From the IMG/VR virus record IMGVR_UViG_3300026488_000001, positions 1-64,000 of that record: a stretch of DNA of 64,000 nt; one strand, given 5' to 3'. How positions within the stretch are numbered: position 1 is the first letter of the stretch; each line of letters starts with the position of its first letter. Shown piece after piece: positions 47,090-54,930 of this stretch. Below the pieces are notes generated by a model. It saw only the letters and a list, made by a program, of their open reading frames with translations, was not told where the DNA came from and did not search any database. The position numbers were made by a program, and so were the translations under genes. The stretch is from a virus.

Positions 47090-48025
47090 ATGATAAAGTT
47101 TAGAGACCCAAACGACAAAATATTATTCCTTTCTGAAGCAGGCTTGTTAAACCAATATGAACCTTTTGATGATGTAGAAAAACTCTCACAGGAAGCTATC
47201 GAAGAAATCTGGCAAGGTATTATTAAACGTCGTAAACCTTTAAAGAAGAGATTAAAAGACAGGAAGCGTTCTAAGATTCAAAAACAGAATTGGAAGAAAT
47301 ACAAAACAAAATATCTTTTGGCTTTAAGAAAGTGGCATCGTTCTGTAAGTGGTAAAAGGTTTCATAGAGCTTTAGGTAGGTTTTTAGCTTTAAGACTAAA
47401 CAGAGAATCTTATAACCTTGATGTTAATGAAAGGTTTGATTTTCTCAAGTTACTATCCAGTCTTAAAACTCATTGGTATATAGAGGGAGTTTATTACAAA
47501 CCACTCTTAGAAGAAGTAGAATATGAACTCTTTACTGAAGAAGTATTACCACTAATAGAAGAGATTGAAAAGAAAGTTTTAATTGAGAATAAACTTGATA
47601 AAGACGATATTGAGTTTCTATTTGGTATCTTTTACGAATCTAAAGAAAGATTTGTATTAGCGGTTCAAGAAATTGTAAACAGAATAAAACAAGGTAGGTC
47701 ACTTTCCAAGAGTTGTATAAGTGATGTTATCAAGTATGTAACTGATAACAAAGAAAAACTAAGAGAAGCAATTATAGGTTGGTTAGAGGAAGAAACTTTT
47801 GGAGGTTATCATTCAGTATTGCTTTCTCAAAGTTTAAGGAAAGTAATTTATGATCCAAATGAGAAATATTTTGTTAAGAAACAAGGTGACACATTTATCT
47901 ATAAGCAAGGAGATTCAGAAGTAGTTTTTAAACTAAAATACTTACTTCCTGTAAAACACCTTTTAGCTTACTTTGAAGGTGAAATCAATAATCTTTCTGA
48001 TAAAGTTTATGAAATAGTTGATTAA
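47090..48025 (+). CDS. Putative prohead core protein
   Basis: Upstream of protease; basic helix RRKPLKKRLKDRKRSK. Confidence 0.4.
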   Translation: MIKFRDPNDKILFLSEAGLLNQYEPFDDVEKLSQEAIEEIWQGIIKRRKPLKKRLKDRKRSKIQKQNWKKYKTKYLLALRKWHRSVSGKRFHRALGRFLALRLNRESYNLDVNERFDFLKLLSSLKTHWYIEGVYYKPLLEEVEYELFTEEVLPLIEEIEKKVLIENKLDKDDIEFLFGIFYESKERFVLAVQEIVNRIKQGRSLSKSCISDVIKYVTDNKEKLREAIIGWLEEETFGGYHSVLLSQSLRKVIYDPNEKYFVKKQGDTFIYKQGDSEVVFKLKYLLPVKHLLAYFEGEINNLSDKVYEIVD

Positions 48026-48035
48026 GAGGTTTAAA

Positions 48036-49421
48036 ATGAAAGAACAAGTAATTGATCTTATAGAACCACAAATTCAATTTACAGTAGAAGAATCAAGTGA
48101 AGTAGATGGTATCCACATCTTAGGTAAGGTAAAAGGTCAATTCTTTGTTCCTGACGGTTACTCCAGAAATAATCGTTTTTATCCTCGTAAACTTTGGGAA
48201 AAGGTAATATCCAATCCTGATATTCAAAAGAGACTTAAAGAAAGACGAATGTTTGGAACTATCGGTCACGATACTCCTATAAATGATAATACAATAGCAG
48301 AAGGTAAAATTTCCCACATAGTAACTAACCTTTATATCGATGAACAAGGTAGAGGTATAGGAGAAGCTCTTATCCTTAATACCCCTGCTGGTAGAGTTCT
48401 TAATACTTTGTTAAGGGCAGGAGCTAAACTTTATGTTTCATCTAGGGCTTTTGGAGAATATGAAGGTAAAGATCCTACTGGTAAAGTTCCAGCTTTAAAT
48501 CCTGACAAGTATGAACTAATAGGTTTTGATTTTGTCTATGATCCGGGATTTCTTCAAGCCAATCCTAAACTTGTAGAATCTATCAGAAAAGATTTGAAGC
48601 AATGTATAGGAGACATATGTTCTTTTGTTGAAAATCAAGATAAATCCAATGAAGTAAAGGAGGATAATAGTATGGCTATGGAACAAGTTTTGGAACAACT
48701 TACCAAAGAAAAAGTAGAACTTGAAAAAGAACTTGATAAGGTTCTTAAAGAGAATGAAGAACTCAAGAAACAAATAGAAGAGTTCAAAAAGAAAGAGGAA
48801 GAGTGGAAAACTGTTTCTGAATCTCTTTCTAAAGTAGAAGAGGAACTTAAATCAGCTAAAGAAGAACTTGCTAAATATGAGAAGCTCGGAAAACCTGAAG
48901 AAATTGAAGAAACTATTAAGAAAGCTAAAGAGCTTCTCGAACAATACAAGGAAATAGGTTCTCCTGAAGAAATTAAGGAAAGTATTGAAGATGCTAAAAA
49001 AGTTCTTCAAGAATATCTTGAAATTGGAAAACCTGAAGAAATAAGAGAAACACTTGAGAATGCTAAAAATATTCTTAAGAAGGTTGCAGTTTTTAAAGAG
49101 GAAGTAGGAGAACTTGATGAAGTAAAAGAGTTTCTTGAGTCTATGAAAGATGTATTTGCTAAGATGGTAGAAGAAAAAAGACAAGCTAAGGTTGAAGAAC
49201 TCTCTAAAGAATTTGGTGTAGAAAAAGAAGTTGTAGAGAGACTTGCTTCCAAAATGGAATTTGATGAAGTAAAAGAAGTCCTTTCTAAAATGGTAGAATC
49301 TGCTAAGTATGTAAACAAGTATAAAGTATCTTCTAAAGTTGAAGAAGATAAGAAAGACAATTCAACTTCTAAATTCCTCAAACCAAGAACTATAAGACTT
49401 GCTGAATCCTTCCTAAAGTAA
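48036..49421 (+). CDS. Prohead protease (T4 gp21-like) fused to a coiled-coil scaffold
   Basis: NNRFYP, GTIGH, ISH, ILNTPAG, VSSRAFG, FDFVYDPG; E/K coiled coil with 23-aa repeats. Confidence 0.9.
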   Translation: MKEQVIDLIEPQIQFTVEESSEVDGIHILGKVKGQFFVPDGYSRNNRFYPRKLWEKVISNPDIQKRLKERRMFGTIGHDTPINDNTIAEGKISHIVTNLYIDEQGRGIGEALILNTPAGRVLNTLLRAGAKLYVSSRAFGEYEGKDPTGKVPALNPDKYELIGFDFVYDPGFLQANPKLVESIRKDLKQCIGDICSFVENQDKSNEVKEDNSMAMEQVLEQLTKEKVELEKELDKVLKENEELKKQIEEFKKKEEEWKTVSESLSKVEEELKSAKEELAKYEKLGKPEEIEETIKKAKELLEQYKEIGSPEEIKESIEDAKKVLQEYLEIGKPEEIRETLENAKNILKKVAVFKEEVGELDEVKEFLESMKDVFAKMVEEKRQAKVEELSKEFGVEKEVVERLASKMEFDEVKEVLSKMVESAKYVNKYKVSSKVEEDKKDNSTSKFLKPRTIRLAESFLK

Positions 49422-49431
49422 GGAGTAAAAT

Positions 49432-49665
49432 ATGATTAAGGAACTTAATAAGTTACTTGAGGAATTTCAAAGAAAAGATGAATATGCTATGAGAGTTACT
49501 GAAATTCCCAAGTTCTTTGAAAAGATTAAGAAACAACTTGATAAGGTAACTGATTTACCTGAAGACTTGTTTAAAATTGATATGATTCAGAAAGATATAG
49601 ATAAAGTGAAACAAGAACTTGATAAGATTTGGCAGAAGTTTAAATCAGGCAAGTATGAAAGATAA
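49432..49665 (+). CDS. Hypothetical protein with shared leader
   Basis: MIKELNKLLEE. Confidence 0.7.
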   Translation: MIKELNKLLEEFQRKDEYAMRVTEIPKFFEKIKKQLDKVTDLPEDLFKIDMIQKDIDKVKQELDKIWQKFKSGKYER

Positions 49666-49687
49666 ATCAATACTATTTTGTTTTTCC

Positions 49688-49715
49688 TAACTAACCTGCA
49701 CTATCAGGTTAGTTA
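49688..49715 (+). other. Hairpin upstream of the capsid gene
   Basis: TAACTAACCTG/CAGGTTAGTTA. Confidence 0.5.
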
Positions 49716-49779
49716 ACCTAGAAATCTCAATAAAATCTAAATCTACAACATTATTAAGAAATTAAGGAGGTAGTTAATA

Positions 49780-51165
49780 ATGAGCGAACTCGTTATTGAA
49801 AAGAAACTCAGAGAAGTAGAATACCAAGCTGAAGATTATCTCAAAAGGTATCGTGAACAAGTAGAAACTCTTGAATCTGCAACTTTCCTTGGAAAAGTAA
49901 GGGGAGTTCAGGCTTGGGACGTAGTTCAGCTCGGTAAGCAACTTGAAAAGTGGGAAATGCTTGAATCTATGGTTAAAGAAGATGGTGGACTTGCATCTCT
50001 TGGTGCACTTCCCAAAGTAGCTTTTGATGTTATCACAGTTGCTTACGGAAACTCTGTAATTCCTTTCATAGCTTCTGTTCAAAACATTGAAGAAGAAAGA
50101 GGAAATGTTTACTTCAAAGTAATTAAAAGACAAGATACAGGAAATACTATTATTGATCCTAGAACTGGAGCTGTTCTTCCAAGTGGACTTGCTTCCAATG
50201 TAGTTTCTGATAAAGTAGTTGCTACTGGAGATGGTTCTACAACTACTTTCAATGTTACTCTTGATTCTATCCCTGTAAGACCTGAAACTTTTGAAGTTAA
50301 AGCAGGTTCTGCTTATGGTAAGGACGATGGAAAAGGAACAATTCTTGGTGTAGGTGTATGGGGAACGATTGACTACTCCACAGGAGCTGTGGAACTCAAC
50401 TTTGCTTCTGCACCTGCTTCTGGTGAAGAAATTAAGGTTGGATATCAAGTAGATATAGAAGGTGCTAATGATCTTCCTTCTATTGGTTCTGTATTTGAAT
50501 CTATACCTGTTACAGCAAGGATTTATGCTCTTAAGGGAGTAGTAGGACTTCTCCAATCTTATGCCCTCAGGCAAAGGTTTGGAATTGTAGCTGAGGATGA
50601 ACTTGCTAAAGACCTTGTAGTTGCCATTAACAATGAGATTGGTGGTGACCTTATCAGGAAGATGAATGCTAATCCTGCTGGTGGGACAATTACTTGGGAT
50701 AAAACTCCTCCTTCTGGAGTAAGCTACTTTGAACATAAGCAAACAATTAAAGACAGCCTTGCTGATCTTGAAGGAAAGATTGTTAGCAATGCAGGTAGGG
50801 GAGTTATTAATGTTATCATAGCAGGTGCTAAAGTTGCTGCTATTCTTTCTACACTACCTGGATTTGAAAAGGTAGCTGATGGTAAAGCTATGGGTGCTCA
50901 TGTATTTGGAACTCTTGATGGTGTAACTGTTATCAGGGTTAATGATGCTAATGCTCTTCCTGGTAATGTAGCACTCGGTATTTACAACCCTGATAATCCG
51001 TTTGAGGGTGCTGCTGTTTATGCTCCTTATATGCCTCTTACAACAACTGAGCTTATTCCACTTTCACCTAATCCATTGACAAATCAGAAAGCTGCTGCTG
51101 TATGGGCAGGTGTAGAAGTTCTTGTTCCTCAGTTTGTAGGTAAACTTAATGTTCAAAATGCTTAA
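49780..51165 (+). CDS. Major capsid protein (gp23-like)
   Basis: Position after scaffold; ASVQNI, VTARIYALK, VYAPYMPL. Confidence 0.9.
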   Translation: MSELVIEKKLREVEYQAEDYLKRYREQVETLESATFLGKVRGVQAWDVVQLGKQLEKWEMLESMVKEDGGLASLGALPKVAFDVITVAYGNSVIPFIASVQNIEEERGNVYFKVIKRQDTGNTIIDPRTGAVLPSGLASNVVSDKVVATGDGSTTTFNVTLDSIPVRPETFEVKAGSAYGKDDGKGTILGVGVWGTIDYSTGAVELNFASAPASGEEIKVGYQVDIEGANDLPSIGSVFESIPVTARIYALKGVVGLLQSYALRQRFGIVAEDELAKDLVVAINNEIGGDLIRKMNANPAGGTITWDKTPPSGVSYFEHKQTIKDSLADLEGKIVSNAGRGVINVIIAGAKVAAILSTLPGFEKVADGKAMGAHVFGTLDGVTVIRVNDANALPGNVALGIYNPDNPFEGAAVYAPYMPLTTTELIPLSPNPLTNQKAAAVWAGVEVLVPQFVGKLNVQNA

Positions 51166-51195
51166 TATAACATAGTAAAGTATTTGCTATGTTCG

Positions 51196-51251
51196 GTAGG
51201 AGTCCTCTGGCCAAGGTAATAACCTTGTTATGCTGGGGGACTCCTACTTTT
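51196..51251 (+). terminator. Long hairpin / terminator after the capsid gene
   Basis: GTAGGAGTCCTCTGGC/GCTGGGGGACTCCTAC stem, inner CAAGGT/ACCTTG, then TTTT. Confidence 0.6.
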
Positions 51252-51280
51252 AATAAGAAAACAATAGGAGGATTAACATA

Positions 51281-51970
51281 ATGAGTCTTATACAAGAGAT
51301 AGTTCAACTTGCAGAAGAAGCAGGAATAGAACTTCCAACTAAAACTTGCATATGTCCTAATTGCGGTTATGAAATGGAAACTCCTATGGGGATTCCTTGT
51401 TCTAACTATGATTGTCCTAAATGTGGAACTCCTATGACAAGGAAAATTGGGGAAGGTTATTCTCAATCTGTAAGAGATAAGTTTATTGAGTGGGTTAAGA
51501 AATATTTTAGTAATCCGAATGGATATTATTCTTTGACTAATTATGTTTTAGATATTTTAAGTAAGTGTAAAGATGAAGTAGACTCTCTTCTTGACGATTT
51601 TGGGACATCTGAAAAAGAATGGGAAGATAATTGGAAAGAAATAGCTGATGCATTAATGAATTATGAATTTGATCCTTATTCAGACCAATGGACAGACTGT
51701 GTTCATAAGTTAGCTAAAAAGTATGGTTATTCGGAATCTAAGAATGAATCTAAAACAGTAAAAGCAAAACTTGTATTTAACGGTTCAGAAGAACCTACAT
51801 TTTCTCTTATAGATGAACAAGGTAATGAAATTTTTAAAGGAATAGGAAAAGTAGATACTATTGCCAAACTTCTCCAACTTAATTCCAATCCTACTGCTGA
51901 AGATGCTGTTGTTTGTGCTATGGAAAAAGGAGAGTGTGAAGTTGAAGTAGAATTGGAGAAAGAGGGATAG
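51281..51970 (+). CDS. Multi-domain protein with shared leader and Zn ribbon
   Basis: MSLIQEIVQLAEE; CICPNCG...C..CPKCG. Confidence 0.7.
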   Translation: MSLIQEIVQLAEEAGIELPTKTCICPNCGYEMETPMGIPCSNYDCPKCGTPMTRKIGEGYSQSVRDKFIEWVKKYFSNPNGYYSLTNYVLDILSKCKDEVDSLLDDFGTSEKEWEDNWKEIADALMNYEFDPYSDQWTDCVHKLAKKYGYSESKNESKTVKAKLVFNGSEEPTFSLIDEQGNEIFKGIGKVDTIAKLLQLNSNPTAEDAVVCAMEKGECEVEVELEKEG

Positions 51971-51972
51971 GG

Positions 51973-52173
51973 ATGGTTACTATTGATTATGAACTGTGTA
52001 TTAATTGTTTTCTTTGTATGAAAGAATGTCCAATGTTTTGTTTTTCTGAAGTAGATGGTAAGTTAGTTTTAACTGAATCAGGTAAGAATACTTGTATTGG
52101 ATGTGGAAATTGTATTCAAAGCTGTCCTACTCTTGCTTTAGATTGGGACTATAATCATATCAGGTATTCCTGA
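51973..52173 (+). CDS. 2x[4Fe-4S] ferredoxin
   Basis: CINCFLCMKECP and CIGCGNCIQSCP. Confidence 0.92.
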   Translation: MVTIDYELCINCFLCMKECPMFCFSEVDGKLVLTESGKNTCIGCGNCIQSCPTLALDWDYNHIRYS

Positions 52174-52190
52174 TAACAAAGAGGAACAAA

Positions 52191-52490
52191 ATGGCTTTGA
52201 TTGATAGTTTAAAGAAAACACTTGAACAATTGGTAATAAATAATGATCCTTACTCCTTTGATAGAGCTTTGTTAGATGCTCTTCCTCCATATAAAATAAC
52301 CAAAGATATTCCCCCTCTACCTAATTCAAAAAACATAAAACTTGCTCTAAGAATCAAAGGAGGATTTCTGGCTTTAACTAAAGACAATGAACTTATTATT
52401 TATCACCAGAATGGTTCTTCAGGTTCAGTTAAGATTATTTTTGATAGAAAGGATATTAAGTATTTAAAGAAGTTTTTAAAGGAGGTTTAG
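52191..52490 (+). CDS. Hypothetical protein with shared leader
   Basis: MALIDSLKKTLE. Confidence 0.7.
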   Translation: MALIDSLKKTLEQLVINNDPYSFDRALLDALPPYKITKDIPPLPNSKNIKLALRIKGGFLALTKDNELIIYHQNGSSGSVKIIFDRKDIKYLKKFLKEV

Positions 52491-52493
52491 ATA

Positions 52494-52814
52494 ATGGCTC
52501 TTATAGATGAGCTTAAACTTACAATAGAGAGTTGTAAATCCAAGAAAGAGTTTAAAGAAGCTCTTACTAAAGAACTTTATGATAAGATTGGAATAATACT
52601 TAGGGAATCAGCTTACTTTGATTTTGATCCTATTGATGAAGAACAAGGTACATATATGATTTCTATTAATGTAGCAGGCAAAGAAATAATTCAGATTAAT
52701 ACTAAGAAAGATGGAGAAAATATAGTTTATGATTCTTATGAGATTGATGAAGGTGGTCTTAAAGCAATGATTGAATTTATTGAGAACAAAGCTAAAGAAC
52801 TTTCTAAGGAGTAA
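52494..52814 (+). CDS. Hypothetical protein with shared leader
   Basis: MALIDELKLTIE. Confidence 0.7.
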   Translation: MALIDELKLTIESCKSKKEFKEALTKELYDKIGIILRESAYFDFDPIDEEQGTYMISINVAGKEIIQINTKKDGENIVYDSYEIDEGGLKAMIEFIENKAKELSKE

Positions 52815-52818
52815 GGTT

Positions 52819-53313
52819 ATGAGATTGATAGATGAACTTTATTCTCTTCTCTATCAACTTGATGAGGAACAATGGATAGACAAAGTTAAGCCCAAGTGGC
52901 ATCCTCCTGAAGGGTTATTTACCAAAGACCCTGAAACAATAGCTAAAACAGTTGCAAAAGCATCTAAAGATTATAAACAAGCAGTAGCAAGAGTTAATTT
53001 CTTCTATAATAGGTATGGTTGTTCTGGTGATAGAAAAGGAGATGAGATTTGTAAGAAAAGGGAAAAGGTTTTACAACTTCTTAGAAAACTTTTTAAGGTA
53101 AAAGAAGAGGAAGCAACTAAAGTAATCATTACTTATGATGGAGAAACTTTTGATGTAGTTTATCCGAGTGGAAATGTAGAATCTTTCCAAGATGAAGTTT
53201 CTTTCCTTCAGTTTATTAGGCAAAAGAATATTAAAGGTAAAAACGGTGTAACAGACCAGCAACTTGTAGATTGGGTTAAGGAATCTGGTTATATAGAAGC
53301 ATTTTTGGGTTAG
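52819..53313 (+). CDS. DUF3175-like protein with shared leader
   Basis: Start 52819 MRLIDELYSLLYQLDEE; PPEGLFTKDPETIA...VNFFYNR. Confidence 0.6.
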   Translation: MRLIDELYSLLYQLDEEQWIDKVKPKWHPPEGLFTKDPETIAKTVAKASKDYKQAVARVNFFYNRYGCSGDRKGDEICKKREKVLQLLRKLFKVKEEEATKVIITYDGETFDVVYPSGNVESFQDEVSFLQFIRQKNIKGKNGVTDQQLVDWVKESGYIEAFLG

Positions 53314-53425
53314 TAATACTAATTAGGTAAATAGTATTACCAAGTATCACTTCTTTTGATTGATTATAGGAAATTTTAAATCAAGATATTACTAAGTATT
53401 ACGATTTATCTAAAAAGTAATACTG
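53311..53425. repeat. 115-bp imperfect palindromic repeat, copy 2
   Basis: About four differences from 40201-40315. Confidence 0.9.
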
Positions 53426-53438
53426 ATAGGAAAGAATT

Positions 53439-53633
53439 ATGAATAAGCAGACTATAATCAAAACCATTCTAAGACTTTCAACTTATGAACCTGATCTATA
53501 TGTTATAGAAGCTAATCAACTTCTGAATTCTGCTTTGTTAATAATTGAAGAAGACCCAATAACAGCATCTATCCTTTACAGTAGAGCTGAAAAACTCCTA
53601 ACTAAGAGAAAATCTAAACTCAAGGAAAAATAG
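53439..53633 (+). CDS. Hypothetical protein
   Basis: ORF in structural operon. Confidence 0.55.
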   Translation: MNKQTIIKTILRLSTYEPDLYVIEANQLLNSALLIIEEDPITASILYSRAEKLLTKRKSKLKEK

Positions 53634-53635
53634 AT

Positions 53636-54064
53636 ATGTCAACTGTAATAGAGAAAGTTCTTTCTACAATAGGTAAAGTAACAGCTATTAGGTTAAAAGT
53701 TCTTGCTAATATCTTAGGTTTTCCTGCCGAAATTTACTATCCACAACAGTATGACTCTCTGTTAGACGATGATGCAAAGATAACTTATAATTCTACTCCT
53801 GATGAAGTTAAGAATGTTCTTATAGCAGGAGTTTATAACAGTCCTTTTCTTTCACCAGGTATTTTTAATTCTTTTGAAGAGTCTTTTTCTCAAGATGAAG
53901 AAATCGTTTGGTATTTATCGGGGGAGGACAATCCTCCTCCAATCGGTTCTAAAGTTGTTTTAACTATTAACAACAAGAAAATGAGTTTTCAGGTTTCTTA
54001 TGTTAGAGAAGATGTAACAAGGAATGGTGCTTATTATGAAGTTTACCTAACTCCAATGAGGTAA
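53636..54064 (+). CDS. Putative head-completion / neck protein
   Basis: Position and size. Confidence 0.4.
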   Translation: MSTVIEKVLSTIGKVTAIRLKVLANILGFPAEIYYPQQYDSLLDDDAKITYNSTPDEVKNVLIAGVYNSPFLSPGIFNSFEESFSQDEEIVWYLSGEDNPPPIGSKVVLTINNKKMSFQVSYVREDVTRNGAYYEVYLTPMR

Positions 54065-54066
54065 GA

Positions 54067-54714
54067 ATGTTTACCAATCTAATCCTATTTGGAATTCTTA
54101 ATGAAATTCAAGATTATCTCGAATCTGATTTTTCTTTCCCTTTGTTAAATTCAACATATAATATGAACGGAAAAACATTTCAGAAATGTTACTATTACTC
54201 GCAAGACTTGCAGTTTGAACCTGATTTGTTAAAAAGAATAGGAATATCTGATAAACAAGAGTTCTTTGCTTTATTATTCAGAAGAAACTCTATTCAGTTG
54301 GAAAACTATCGAAGTTTTACTATAAGAGCTTATGACAAAGAATTTATCCAAACTTTAGTTGATTCAGGTTTACTTCCTAAAGACTATTCAGGAAAGGTTA
54401 GAATGGTTAATCTAACACTTCAAGTTAAACCTTATTCTAATGTAACAAGATATGTTTATGAATTTGAGGAAAACTTTTTACTTGATTGGGTAGGACACGG
54501 AAGCATCGATATTAATATTCCACTTAATAGTGAAGTAACTTTAACTACTAAGTTAGGTTACTCTTGTGAACCTTTCCAAGAGATATTAAAAGAAAATCCG
54601 TCTAAGAAAGTTTTTACAGGTAGTTTTGAAATTAATCTTGAATTTCCTTTGGTAAAACTTTCTGCTGAAAAGTATCCTTTGATTAAGGATATAAATGAAA
54701 TTGTTTATGCTTAA
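54067..54714 (+). CDS. Putative tail terminator / sheath stabiliser
   Basis: Position before sheath gene. Confidence 0.4.
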   Translation: MFTNLILFGILNEIQDYLESDFSFPLLNSTYNMNGKTFQKCYYYSQDLQFEPDLLKRIGISDKQEFFALLFRRNSIQLENYRSFTIRAYDKEFIQTLVDSGLLPKDYSGKVRMVNLTLQVKPYSNVTRYVYEFEENFLLDWVGHGSIDINIPLNSEVTLTTKLGYSCEPFQEILKENPSKKVFTGSFEINLEFPLVKLSAEKYPLIKDINEIVYA

Positions 54715-54726
54715 TAGGAGGAAATA

Positions 54727-54903
54727 ATGGCTAAAAAAGAATCCAAATCAAAATCTGTTTTTCTTGTTAATCCTAACAATTTTCCTGTTACGGTTGAGTA
54801 TGACGGTAAGTCAATAGTAATTTCTCCTAAACAGAAAGTAAAGGTTAGTGATGAATCTAAAGTAGGTAAATCTACTGGAAAACTAATTAAAGTCAATGCT
54901 TAA
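54727..54903 (+). CDS. Unannotated 58-aa basic protein
   Basis: AGGAGG RBS; MAKKESKSKSVFLVNPNNFPVTVEYDGKSIVISPKQKVKV... Confidence 0.75.
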   Translation: MAKKESKSKSVFLVNPNNFPVTVEYDGKSIVISPKQKVKVSDESKVGKSTGKLIKVNA

Positions 54904-54930
54904 TAGAATGCTTATTAGGAGGTAAAAATA

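Noticed and set aside
49774-50742. 322-aa antisense ORF over the capsid gene, and other antisense or overlapping ORFs in the track (e.g. 4431, 17665-18183, 48120-49381, 55837)
   Set aside because: Shadows of biased codon usage in well-supported genes; no RBS and Ser/Phe-rich junk composition
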